Shown here piece after piece: positions 1 through 10,400 of a stretch of 56,290 nucleotides of DNA. The position numbers and the translations under genes are program-made. Origin of the DNA: Raja brachyura (taxonomy: Eukaryota); assembly GCA_963514005.1 (NCBI GenBank), contig CAUPSL010000726.1, forward strand, positions 1 through 56,290, given 5' to 3'. The stretch's first letter is position 1; every line of letters begins with the position of its first letter. The notes under the pieces are model-generated. The model was not told the DNA's origin. It did no database searches and was given only the letters and a program-made list of their open reading frames with translations.

Positions 1-190
1 TGTATATTCTCCCTGTGACCACGTGGGTTTTCTCCGGGTGCTCTGGCTTCCTCCAACACTCCCAAGACGTACAGGGTTGTAGATGAATTGGCTTTGATCA
101 AATTGTAAATTGTCACTAGTGTCTGTAGGGTAGTGCCAGTGTGTGGGGTAGCCACTGGTTGGTGGACCAAAGGGCCTGTTTCCACGCTGT
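1..190 (+). mobile_element. V-SINE (HE1-like) 3' part
   Basis: V-domain core TTCTCCCTGTGACCACGTGGGTTTTCTCCGGGTGCTCTGGCTTCCTCC, followed by a CR1-like tail; fuller copies at ~18914-19175 and ~40918-41180. Confidence 0.75.
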
Positions 191-199
191 ATCACAAAA

Positions 200-790
200 C
201 CTTTTTGAAATCTCTTACCTCGACAGAGATGCGACGTATCGTGTCTCCGTCCGCACTGCGGCCGAACATCCAGGACTTGGCGGCCTTTGCTGGAGACCGA
301 CCTCGGAGCTCCAACCGCGGGAGCCAGCGGGACTTAACATCGCGGAGCTTGAGGTCTCTGGTTGGAGACCGACTTCGAGAGCTCCAAGCCTCAGTGGCTT
401 CGATCGCCCCCGACGGGTAGGTTCGACTGCCCCAACCGCGGGAGAATGCAGGCACAGGTTAATGATCTGGGAAGATCAGCCATGATCAAAATGAATGGCG
501 GGTGCTGGCTCAAAGGGCCGAATGGCATCCTTCAGCAGCTATTTTCTATGTTTCGAGAATAAAGAGGGAAGAAGTTTGAACTTTATTGCCTTCCATCACA
601 GTGAGGAATGTGGGCAATCCGCTGTGGTGGATGCTTATATTAACTTTCATGTAGTTGTGTGTCTTGTGCTTTTTTTAGTATGGCTGTATGGAAATACGGA
701 TATCACTGTAACTTAATTGGTACACGGACATTGGTCAGCGAGTTGGGCCGAATGGTCTGCTTCCACACTCTATGACTCTATGAGTCTAAG
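200..790 (+). repeat. Composite interspersed repeat: unclassified GC-rich repeat plus CR1 3' tails ending in (ACTCTATG)n
   Basis: Same blocks recur at ~19180-19770, 41440-41670, 6970-7390 and 46975-47450. Confidence 0.6.
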
Positions 791-1022
791 ATCTCTGTTG
801 GCGTCCTTGCATCCTTCCCTGGTGAGGTTCCCGGTTCAAAACATAAAACGTAGATACAAATCAGGCTGAGCAGGTGTTGGCAGATGTACAAAACAATCTC
901 AGGACAATCTCAAGAGGTATTTCAGAAATAGTAGATAAACAGAATTTCACAACTCGTTTAAAGTAGCCGAATTAATGTGCAACTGGGAGAAATGTAATTG
1001 ACAACATCAGGATTTCGTGAGA

Positions 1023-1030
1023 TATAAATA
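1023..1030 (+). promoter_or_regulatory. Putative TATA box, GPCR copy 1
   Basis: TATAAATA about 100 bp upstream of the exon-1 ATG; same position in all three copies. Confidence 0.6.
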
Positions 1031-1124
1031 AACGCGAGCGGGGACCTTGAGCTACTGGCAGTGACGATCTACCTGGGACCATTGTCAGTACAGGCGGCAT
1101 CTTTATGTCCCACCTACATCAGCG

Positions 1125-1212
1125 ATGGGGGTTAGTGACTGGCAGCGGATACTTATATTGTGGAATGTCCAGTATTACTTTCGTTACATTATTACAGTCA
1201 TCGGACTGCTCA
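1125..1212 (+). CDS. GPR139/GPR142-like class A GPCR copy 1, coding exon 1 (N-terminus and first half of TM1)
   Basis: gcgATGg Kozak context; encodes MGVSDWQRILILWNVQYYFRYIITVIGLL, then a phase-1 donor A|GTAAGT; splices in frame (A+GT=Ser) to exon 2. Confidence 0.88.
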
Positions 1213-2190
1213 GTAAGTCGTTTTATCTGCTTGCCATTTAACAGCGTTGAGGGGTTGAATTTTGCAACTGCTCCTTCGCGTCAGGAGAGTGAAACTTTGA
1301 GCGGGGTTTGTCCATCTAAAGTATCCGACACCCAAACACAACTCCACACCAGGTCTCTGATTTTATTCAAGAAGTTGCATATTGTGTACTGTGTTAGTAG
1401 ATGTCAGTTAGAGTAAGTCGGCGCTTAATGCCGACGGGGAACTGAAGAGGCTCGCCGATAGGAGGGGGAGACACTCGTAGTGGCTCAGAAAGGGTCGCAG
1501 TGCGCGGTCCCTGCGCGGCTCCCGAGCTGGTGATTTGTGTAAAATGCTGCCCCCGTCAACACAAGTCCTCAACTTTAATGCCACTGAAAAGCCAGAATTA
1601 GAATCCTTTGTTTGCCGATCACCCGGACATTTGTTAGGACGGTTTCTGAAGTGTATAGTAATTCCGGATGGGGAAGTCAGCACAAAGGTGGCGTTCACTG
1701 GACACGGCTACTCCATCTCACCCCACACCACGCAAGCCCACCTTCAATGGACGAGTTTAATGATGAGGTGGGGCAATTGGAAGACAGTATGCGAGTGTTT
1801 TCTCATTTGATACAGTGAATTAATCAACAGCTTCCTTTGTGTAGGAGATGGTGGTAGCATGGCTTGTGAGAGCGGGTGTGAGGGGATTTATTCTGGGACG
1901 TCAGAACCAATTCCTGAGGTGTTGTGGACCTAACTCAACGAAACACCAGTGAAGGGAGGTGCCCACTTGATTAATCCTTTGATATACTTGCATCTGCACG
2001 GTCAGTTATTTTTCATGCGCCTGTTAACATATAGATAGCTGATTATTGCATATTGCCCATACCAGCATCTGGTGGCTGCCATACCGCAGGACAGCAGTAG
2101 GGGTCGCGCCTGCACCATGATCACCAACATTGAGAACACCTTGCACCTGATGACCAGATTCAAAGGCTGCTTGTAATCATTTCCTCACAG

Positions 2191-3080
2191 GTAATTTAGT
2201 GGCGATCGTCGTTCTCGGACGAGGAAAGTGCGGACTGTCTCGATGCATCACACAATATATGGTGGCGATGGCGGCAGCAGATCTATTGGCCGTCTTCTGC
2301 AACGTGGCGATATTTTACCTGTACGCTGTGATTTTTCCGTACTTCTGCACTATTGCATGCACCCTACAACAAGTGATGGCCTATGTGTCCCTGGACTGCT
2401 CAGTGTGGTTAACTGTCGCTTTTACATTTGATCGCTTTGTGGCCATTTGTTGCCAGGACTTTAAGACCAAGTACTGCACAGTTAGAATCGCCAGGGTAGC
2501 GATAGCAACAGTGTATGTGGTGAGTTTAATACGGAACATCCCCTACTACTTTTCATTTCAATCTCGTCACTTAAATCTGCCACTTGAATGTGAGGCCAAA
2601 CCGGAATATTATTCCCACCCTGGGTGGATTGCTTTCTCGTGGATTCACAACATTTTAACCCCTCTGCTTCCGTTTTTCGTTATTGTGTTGCTCAATATAC
2701 TGACGGTCAGAGCGATCGTGGTGGCAAGCCGAGCCCGCAGGAAGCTCCGAGCTCCCGTCAGTGGCGAGAAACAGGAGGACCCGGAGATCGAGAGTCGAAG
2801 GAAATCGATCATTTTACTCTTCTGTGTGTCCGGCAGTTTCATCCTCCTGTGGCTGACGGAGGTGATGCTCAACATTTATACGGATATTGCCAACGAACAC
2901 TATGTCCCAAACTGGGCTCATCCTCGGACAATGGCAAATACAGCCGGGAATATGCTTAAAATTCTGAGTTCGTGCACGAACACGTTTATTTATGTGATGA
3001 CTCAGTCTAAGGTCAGAGACGAACTGAAGAATGCAATCAAGTATCCCTTCACAATATGTCTTAAGCTTGTTAGAAGATAA
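2191..3080 (+). CDS. GPR139/GPR142-like class A GPCR copy 1, coding exon 2 (rest of TM1 to C-terminus); 325 aa in total, intact
   Basis: Acceptor tttcctcacAG|GT AAT TTA GTG. Motifs NLVAIVVL, AMAAADLL, SVWLTVAFTFDRFVAIC, NIPYY, LLPF, FILLW and NTFIY match GPR139-type receptors (ALAAADIL, TSIWITVPLTIDRYIAVC, SIPYY, NFFLY). Confidence 0.93.
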
Positions 3081-3330
3081 AATAGAATTAAGAATTGTGG
3101 ATTTGTTAATGAAGTGGGTAACGGGGTAACCATAGCAAAAAATTTCAATGTGGTAAAAAATCACAGCATAGACTGGTGTGTCTAGGAATGTTGCAAGGGG
3201 TAGTTTGGCGGTGCTGTCTCGAAGGGCGGAATGGCCTCCTCCTGCACCTATGTTCGATGTTTCTATGTTTTCTATGAATGTTTGGAACAACTATCTCGGG
3301 ACTGACACAATGTGAGCTGATTGCCGGAGC

Positions 3331-3503
3331 CAGAGCCGAACTTTTACCTGCTGAGGCCCTAAGTTGTATGAAATTTGAGGCCCTTCTCGAAAAACATTCG
3401 GGTAAAAAATGATTAAATAAATATATATTTCAAAAAATGATGTCCCCGAGGGTGTGTGGCCCTAAGCTATAGCTTATTTAGCTTATAGGTAAGTCCAGCA
3501 CTG
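3331..3503. mobile_element. hAT-type MITE, unit 1 only
   Basis: Imperfect TIRs (CAGAGCCGAACTT at the left, AAGTCCAGCACTG at the right), perfect 8-bp TSD GCCGGAGC (3323-3330, 3504-3511); empty site in units 2 (~22290) and 3 (~44430). Confidence 0.85.
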
Positions 3504-3647
3504 GCCGGAGCACGGAGTAAAGGGAATGAATGAGGCCAGCTCTGAATATTTCTGGACCGGGCTCCCTGTATGTGTCAGAGTAAATCACCGGTGCCCCCTG
3601 CAGACCGGTTGTGTCATGATCCTAAAATCGGTTACAGTATTTCAATA

Positions 3648-4383
3648 TTGTCTGCAACGAGACCTGGGTGTCATGGTACACCAGTTATTGAAAGTAGGCA
3701 TGCAGGTGCAGCAGGCAGTGAAGAAAGCAAATGGTATGTTAGCATTCATAGCGAAAGGATTTGAGTATAGGAGCAGGGAGGCTCTACTGCAGTTGTACAG
3801 GGTTTTGGTGAGGCTCACCTGGAGTATTGCGTACAGTTTTGGTCTCCAAATCTGAGGAAAGACATCCTTGCCATAGAGGGGGTATAGAGAAGATTCACCA
3901 GACCGATTCCTGGGATGTCACGACTTTCATAAGAGGAAAGATTGGATAGACTAGCCTTGTACTCGCTGGAATTTAGAAGATTGAGGGGGGATCTTATAGA
4001 ACTTACAAAATTCTTAAGGGGTTGGACAAGCTAGATGCTGGAAGATTGTTCCCGATGTTGGGGGAGTCCAGAACAAGTGGTCACAGTCTAAGGATAAGGG
4101 GGAATTCCTTTAGGACCGAGATGAGGAAAGCATTCCTTACACAGAGAGTGGTGAGTCTGTGGAATTCTCTGCCACAGAAGGTAGTTGCGGCCAGTTCATT
4201 GGCTATATTTAAGAGGGCGGTAGATGTGGCACTTATGGCTAAAGGGATCAGGGGGTATGGAGAGAAGGCAGGTACGGGATACTGAGTTGGATGATCAGCC
4301 ATGATCACATTGAATGGCGGTGCAGGCTCGAAGGGCCGAATGGCCTACTCCTGCACCTATTGTTCTATGTTTCTATGTTTCTA
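3648..4383 (+). mobile_element. CR1 LINE 3' fragment, unit 1 only
   Basis: Degenerate ORF2 C-terminus (QRDLGVMVH, KKANGML, RTSGHSLRI, TQRVVSLWNSLP) and (TTCTATGT)n tail; empty site tatttcaat|aaaactaatg in unit 2. Confidence 0.9.
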
Positions 4384-4559
4384 ATAAAACTAATGATGGA
4401 TTTGTGTGTTGTGGATCGTATGCAAATCGGAATAATGTGATCTATTTACAATTACATGTATTTTTACCGCATTTTGCATGTGACGGGTTCATGTCCACCT
4501 CTGCTACAAAGTGCTCTGTCCGACAAAGCCTGCTGGATCTCCGCTTGCCAACCATTTAA

Positions 4560-4857
4560 ACTCCCCTTCACTGGGTGGGAGATTGCAAACTTCACGTGGT
4601 CCACCCTGTGTCGACAAATGCAATCAACCCGACGTGCACAAACAAAAGATCAAATACAATAAGTTGACCAACAACTTTAGGCTGTGCACGCCACACGCAA
4701 AAAGCAGTAGTAGACTCCACTTCACATTCCCATCCCGACCTGTGTTTCGTCAGTCTCACTGTTTGCCATAGTGAACCCGCGCGTAACTGCACGATAAAAC
4801 ACCTCATACTTCCATTTGGGTAGCTTGTAACCCAACGGCATTAACTTTAAGTTCAAG
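4560..4857 (+). mobile_element. Old Penelope-like GIY-YIG remnant
   Basis: Diverged similarity to the Penelope fragment at 54340-54660; paralogous copy at ~46590-46885. Confidence 0.55.
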
Positions 4858-6960
4858 TATAAAAATTAATAATTTTTGGACGGAAATTTTTAAGATAATT
4901 TCGGAAGTTGTCAACATCCAATTGGACCCCGATTCAAAAACTAATAATATTAGAAATACTAGAACAAAATCAAATATTTACAACAAGCCAAAGAAACTTT
5001 ATCGACTATAGTTTAATAATTGGGAAAAAAATAATATTAAAATTTTGGAAAGGCCCTATAACCCCCACTATTACAATGTGGACTATGGAAATGTCGGAGA
5101 CCGACCCTACATTTGGAAAGATTAAGATTTGTCTTAATGGATAAATAAGAACTATTTACTAGAATATGGTCCCCATTTAGTGACTATTTGAAGGGGCAAA
5201 CCGGTTCGGCACGAGAACCGGACTGAAACCCGAATCAAGGATTAGATGAAGAATTTTATTTTATTTTTTTTTTAAATATTTTTTTATTAGAAGTAACCAA
5301 TTTACAATGTTTAAAACAAATTTACAAACATCAGCTTAATTCAATATTTATACAAATAACACATTGATAATTATTATCTTCTATTTTTTTGGAAATAAAG
5401 ATAGAAAAAGAATAGAGCAGTTATAAATCAATAAAGATGTGATTAAATAATAATTTGATTATATATAAGAAAAAAGAGAAAAGGAAAAAAAAGAAGAGAG
5501 AAAAAAAACAAAAACCACAAACAAAAAGGTGAAAGAATATTATATATATATGTATAAATGAAAAACAACAAAATATATTGTAAATAAAACTATTACAAAT
5601 AATAATATCAATAGAGACATGCATATTAATCCTAGTATGAAAATAAATTATTTTCCTCAAATCCCGTAGGGTACCCGTCGAGCCGTGATGCCAAGAACAG
5701 CTGCTTCTCTAAATACTGTATATATGGAGACCATATCTGTTCGAAGGAATTATATTTGTCCAATAGGACAAATCTATTGTCCAATATTTGTCCAATAGGA
5801 CAAATCTAATTCTTTCCAAATGTAACGTCTCCAACATCTCTGCTGCCCACATTTTAATTGTGGGGGATAATGTTCCCTTCCAAAATTTCAGTATGATTTT
5901 TTTCCCTATTATCAAACAGTAATCAAAGAAATTTCTTTGATTTACTGTAAGTACCAAATTTGAATCCGGAATTCCAAATATTATTAACTTTGGGTCAGGG
6001 TCCAATCTAACTTTAAGAACTTCAGAAATAACTTTAAAAATTTCTGTCCAGTAATAATTCAATTTGGGGCATGTAACAAAACTATGTATTAAATTTGCTT
6101 CTAAATTCTTACATTTATCACAAATAGAGGAGAGATTGGGAAAGATACTATTTAATTTAGTTTTCGAATAATGTAATCTATATAATACTTTAAATTGTAT
6201 CAATGTATGTCTAGCATTTAACGAACACCGATGTATTCGTTGTAAACTTTCTTCCCAATTTTCTTTTGTTATAGATAATCCAATTTCATTTTCCCATGCT
6301 TGACGATATGTTTCAGTTATTGGATTCTCCTTATCCAAAATAATGTTATATATATAAGCTATTAATTTTTCTGTATTTGGGTGCAAGTTAAACAGTTCAT
6401 CTAATAATCCTGGTTCTTTATTTTTATAATCTTGTGTATTAGATTTAACATAATCTCTAATTTGTAAGTACCTAAACAAGTGTTGTGGAGACAATCCGTA
6501 GATATCTTGTAACTCCTGAAATAAAAGAAATTTTCCTTTTCTATAAAGGTGCTCTATCCTTTTAATTCCTAAATCGTCCCAATGTCTAAACCCCCCATCT
6601 AATGTAGAGGGTTTAAATAATGGGTTATTCATAATTGGTAGTCTAAGTGAAAGATTATCTAAATGTAAAGTCTTAACTGAAGAATTTTATTTTATAATTC
6701 ACGGACATATCTCCAATGAGCTGATTATTCCGTTCTCTTTTAATTTTTTTGGTTTCTTTTCTCGCTCCCTCTATTATTTTCTATCTATATAAAAATAAAA
6801 AAATTAAAAATATATAGAAGTACAATTATTATACAATTGATAATATAAACAATATTTATAATGTATGACTACTACAAGCAAAATGTTTTTATTATGTGTT
6901 TTCTTCTAATTTAATAAATAAATAAATAAATAAATAAATACAATTTAAAAAATAATGATT
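4858..6960 (+). mobile_element. L1-clade LINE 3' fragment, interrupted by a second L1
   Basis: ORF2 C-terminal remnant (QRNFIDYSLIIGKKIILKFWK); 3' UTR resumes at 6678 and ends in (AAAT)n. Confidence 0.75.
5265..6677 (-). mobile_element. 5'-truncated L1-clade LINE with a 307-aa ORF2 C-terminal remnant
   Basis: ORF 5709-6632 (YLQIRDYV, QFKVLYRLHY, CDKC...H...CP zinc knuckle); T-rich tail; 18-bp TSD TGAAGAATTTTATTTTAT at 5247-5264 and 6678-6695. Confidence 0.88.
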
Positions 6961-8793
6961 TTATAAAAAGAGACCGACTTGGAGAACTCCAAGCCGCGGG
7001 GACTTCGATCGCCCCGACCTGCGGCCTTTGGTTGCGGGCTGCAGTGGAGCTTCGATCGCCCCGACGGATGGTTCGACGGCCTCGACCGTGCGAGAATAAA
7101 GAGGGAATAAAATTGCACTTTATTGCCTTCCATCACAGTGAGGAATGTGGGGAATCCGCTGTGGTGGATGTTTATCTGAACGTTAATGTAGTTGGTGGCT
7201 TGTTGCTTTTTTTCGTTTGTATGGTAATTCGCATATCACTGTACCTTAATTGGAACACGTGACATTAAAATTCCTTTGTAACCTTTGAATTCTTTGAATT
7301 GAGACTAGCTGCGATGGGCATTTTCGTGAGCATGGGCTAGTTGGGCCGAAGGGTCTGCTTCCACGCTATATAACTCTATGACTCCAAGATCCTTGTTGGC
7401 GTCCTTGCATCCATCCTGGTGAGGTCATCAGAGCTATGGTCCTCGATGTGTGGTCTCAATTGTACAAGACCCCCATGCCCGTGTGTGCTCCACGCTGCGT
7501 TTGATAAAGTAGCCAAACCTTCACGAGATTTCGCAGCGGAGCAGACAAATTGTGTAGGAAGGCAATGCACATACTGGTAAGAAACACAAAATGCTGGAGT
7601 AACTCAACGGGTCGTGCAGCATCTCCGGAGAAAATGAACCTGGGCGATTGTTTCGATGAACACCTGTGCTCAGACCCTCCTTTGCCTACGCGATCTCCCA
7701 GTTGCCAACTCTCTTACACATTCCCACACTGACCTTTAAGTCCTGGGCCTCCTCCATTGTCAGAGTGGGGCCACACCCTGCCCGTACGAAAAAGGGGGGG
7801 TGGCATGATAGGATCACCAAAATATGTGTGAAATAATGTGTACGCAGCGCACATCACAAGCGCGAAGCTCGAAGTCCATCGCCACCGGGTTCCAGGGCCC
7901 GCTTAAGGGGAGTTTAGATGCTCTCTGGTGCATTCACAGCCTTGTTTTGGAGCACTTTTGCACCAGGTTTATGACGAATATTTCAGAAATAAATTTGGTT
8001 GAGTCAAGAGTAATGAGCGGGTGGAATGGGATGATTGGGATCATTGTTGTATACATTTTTTTTAAATCAAGAATTGAAGTTGTCCTTGTTTCAATAATCA
8101 AGTTGTACTGTTGTAAAATGTTATGTAAAATGTTATAAAGGGACATGCAAAATCTTCAAATAAAAGACTATACGTTTTTGCAGTACAGAAAACTTTTTTA
8201 TAGAGAATGTTGTGTGTGTCGATTTGATTGTCTGTTACTGTTCGACTGTGTTAGTGTGCGCAGTGCACATTTGATAGTCTCCTTGATGTGATGTAAATCT
8301 AACAACTTTACATCACATCAATTTCAACATGGAATAGTGATGTGAATACAACATTTAGTCTGACTCAATTTCCATCATGAAAACTCAAGTTAAATTAAAT
8401 GGTGCATTTACATTACGATGATCGCTTTCAAACTAACCAATTTTTATTGTCATACTATTATAACAAATTCTAGTTCCATGATGACACATAAACAAGATGA
8501 CAAATCACATTTTGAATTCTCAAACATAATGTGATTGTGAATAATTACAGAGCTGCCTATCTTCACCGAGCATTTCTGTATTTTGATGGATGAAAATCAG
8601 TGTTTTGTTGGGGAAATCGGTATTTCTCACATAAATGCAATGGAACCTACTAGACAAAAACTGGATTTTTGAAAAGCAGTATTTTGCATGCAAACTAATG
8701 TATACCCAAATATCAGTATGGAATGTACTACTGAATTGGGAAACCATTTTTGAAATGTGAATATATAATTCTTGATTTTGATCCAATCACAAC

Positions 8794-8820
8794 TCTACAC
8801 TTATAAAACTCTGATCTTGG

Positions 8821-8907
<87 letters not shown>

Positions 8908-9879
8908 CACACTGCTCGAAAAAATTAAGCCCTGACGATAAACGTTTTACATATTCCTGTAGAGATTTATCCGGTGAAGTCATAAATCGGCTTACCTAAT
9001 AAAATTCCAGCTTTTTTACTTCAGTTAATCAAAATGTTCAAAAATGTCAAATATCTTTGTAAATGAAACCGCTTTGGCTGAGGACATGTTGACGTCACAA
9101 TGACGGCGCGGTGTGTTCACGCGCTGTGAGTTACGTCACCCCCCCCCCCCCCCCCTCAGGCCGGGACGACGTTCGGGAACCAGCACTCCCCTGTGAAGAT
9201 GCGACCCACCCCAAACCCCTCAAACTCTACGCCCTCCCTCGCTGTCCCCGTCCCCCCCCCCTCCCCACCCTCAACGGGTAGGGGACAGGTGCATTTTTCA
9301 GCCGGGAACGAGGGATGTTTGCCTTCAGGAACCAGCCCTCACCTCTGACGACGCCAACCCCCCGACACCTCAAACTCTACCCCCCTCGTTCTCCACCCCA
9401 TGCTCCCTCTCTGCCCCCTCACGCTCCCCCTCTCCCCACCCCTCCCTCTATGTGCATATGTGTCCCTGTGTGCACCTCTGTGTCCCTCCCTGTGCCTCTG
9501 TCTCCCTCTTTGTGCCTCTGGGTCCCTCTGTCACCCCGTGTTCTTCCGTATCCCTCTGTGTCCCTCTGTGTCCCTCTCTGTGACTCTGCATCCCTCTCTG
9601 TGCCTCTGTTTTTCTCTCTGTGCTTCTATGCCCCTCTCTGAGCCTCTCTGCCCCTCTCTGTGCCTCTGTGTCCCTCTCTGTGCCTCTGTGTCCCTCTTTC
9701 TCTTTCCCCCGCTCTCTCTCGCCGTGCCTGCGAGTTGGGGGCTATACGCGAGTGGATATGGCGGGGGATGGGGTAAAATGAGTGCGGGGTTGGTTAATGT
9801 GTGTGACGCCACAGGCTACCCCCTCCCCCCACAAACGCCCGTTGAGGGGATGGGAACTAACGGGTCCCACTTAGTCTAG
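8794..9879 (+). mobile_element. Non-autonomous Helitron, family A
   Basis: 5' TCTACACTTATAAAACTCTG, internal (GT)n and C/T-rich minisatellite, 3' hairpin GGGAACTAACGGGTCCC followed by CTAG|T. Confidence 0.8.
8822..8904. repeat. (TG)n microsatellite, about 41 units, inside the Helitron
   Basis: Seen directly. Confidence 0.97.
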
Positions 9880-10400
9880 TAACTATTAAACGTCTGATCT
9901 TGGATGTGTGTGTGTTTGTTCGTTTGTGTGTATGTCTGTGTATAATCACATCTTCTCGAACTAACGGCACTGACGGTAACATTTTTACATATTCCCTTAA
10001 GGATTTTTACCCTGGAGTCCAAAATCGCCTTCTGAAATATAATGTTTTATTTCCCGAGTTATCAAAAAAAATCTGACAAACTTTGAAGTCCGCACAATCT
10101 TGCTCACGCCGTGAGTGTCGTCGCCCTCGCAACCCTCCCTCATCCTTTGGTTGACGCCCGCTCCCCGCTGCTCCTCCTTTTTCTCTCCCCCCATCTCTCC
10201 CCTCCCCCAGTCTCTCTCCTCTTTACCCCACTCCTCCCCGCACTCCAGTCGCCACGCCGGCAACGCCCCCCAGAGGCAGCAGCAGATCACCACAAGGAGC
10301 GGCTCAAGCCGCGGGTTGGTGAAGGCGGATTGCGGCGGTCGCACTGTGACCTCAGATTCTCCCGGGCCTGCTCGGGCCTCGACAGTTTCTTCGAGCACTG
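9880..10400 (+). mobile_element. Second related Helitron-like element (family B), head-to-tail; 3' end not located
   Basis: CTAG|TAACTATTAAACGTCTGATCTTGGATGTGTG repeats the family-A 5' end; paralog starts at 48728. Confidence 0.6.

Noticed and set aside
133-716. Overlapping short ORFs repeated at 19115-19675 and 46887-47399
   Set aside because: They lie in SINE and interspersed repeats; frames are not preserved between copies
791-827. ATC TCT GTT GGC GTC CTT GCA TCC TTC CCT G|GTGAGG looked like a GPCR exon-1 end (ISVGVLASFP plus donor)
   Set aside because: There is an in-frame TGA at 773 and no ATG, it lies upstream of the TATA box, and it recurs where no gene follows. The exon at 1125-1212 fits much better
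2199-2201. GTG as start codon of single-exon GPCR ORFs
   Set aside because: Artefact of alternative-start ORF calling; a splice acceptor lies 8 nt upstream and TM1 would be incomplete
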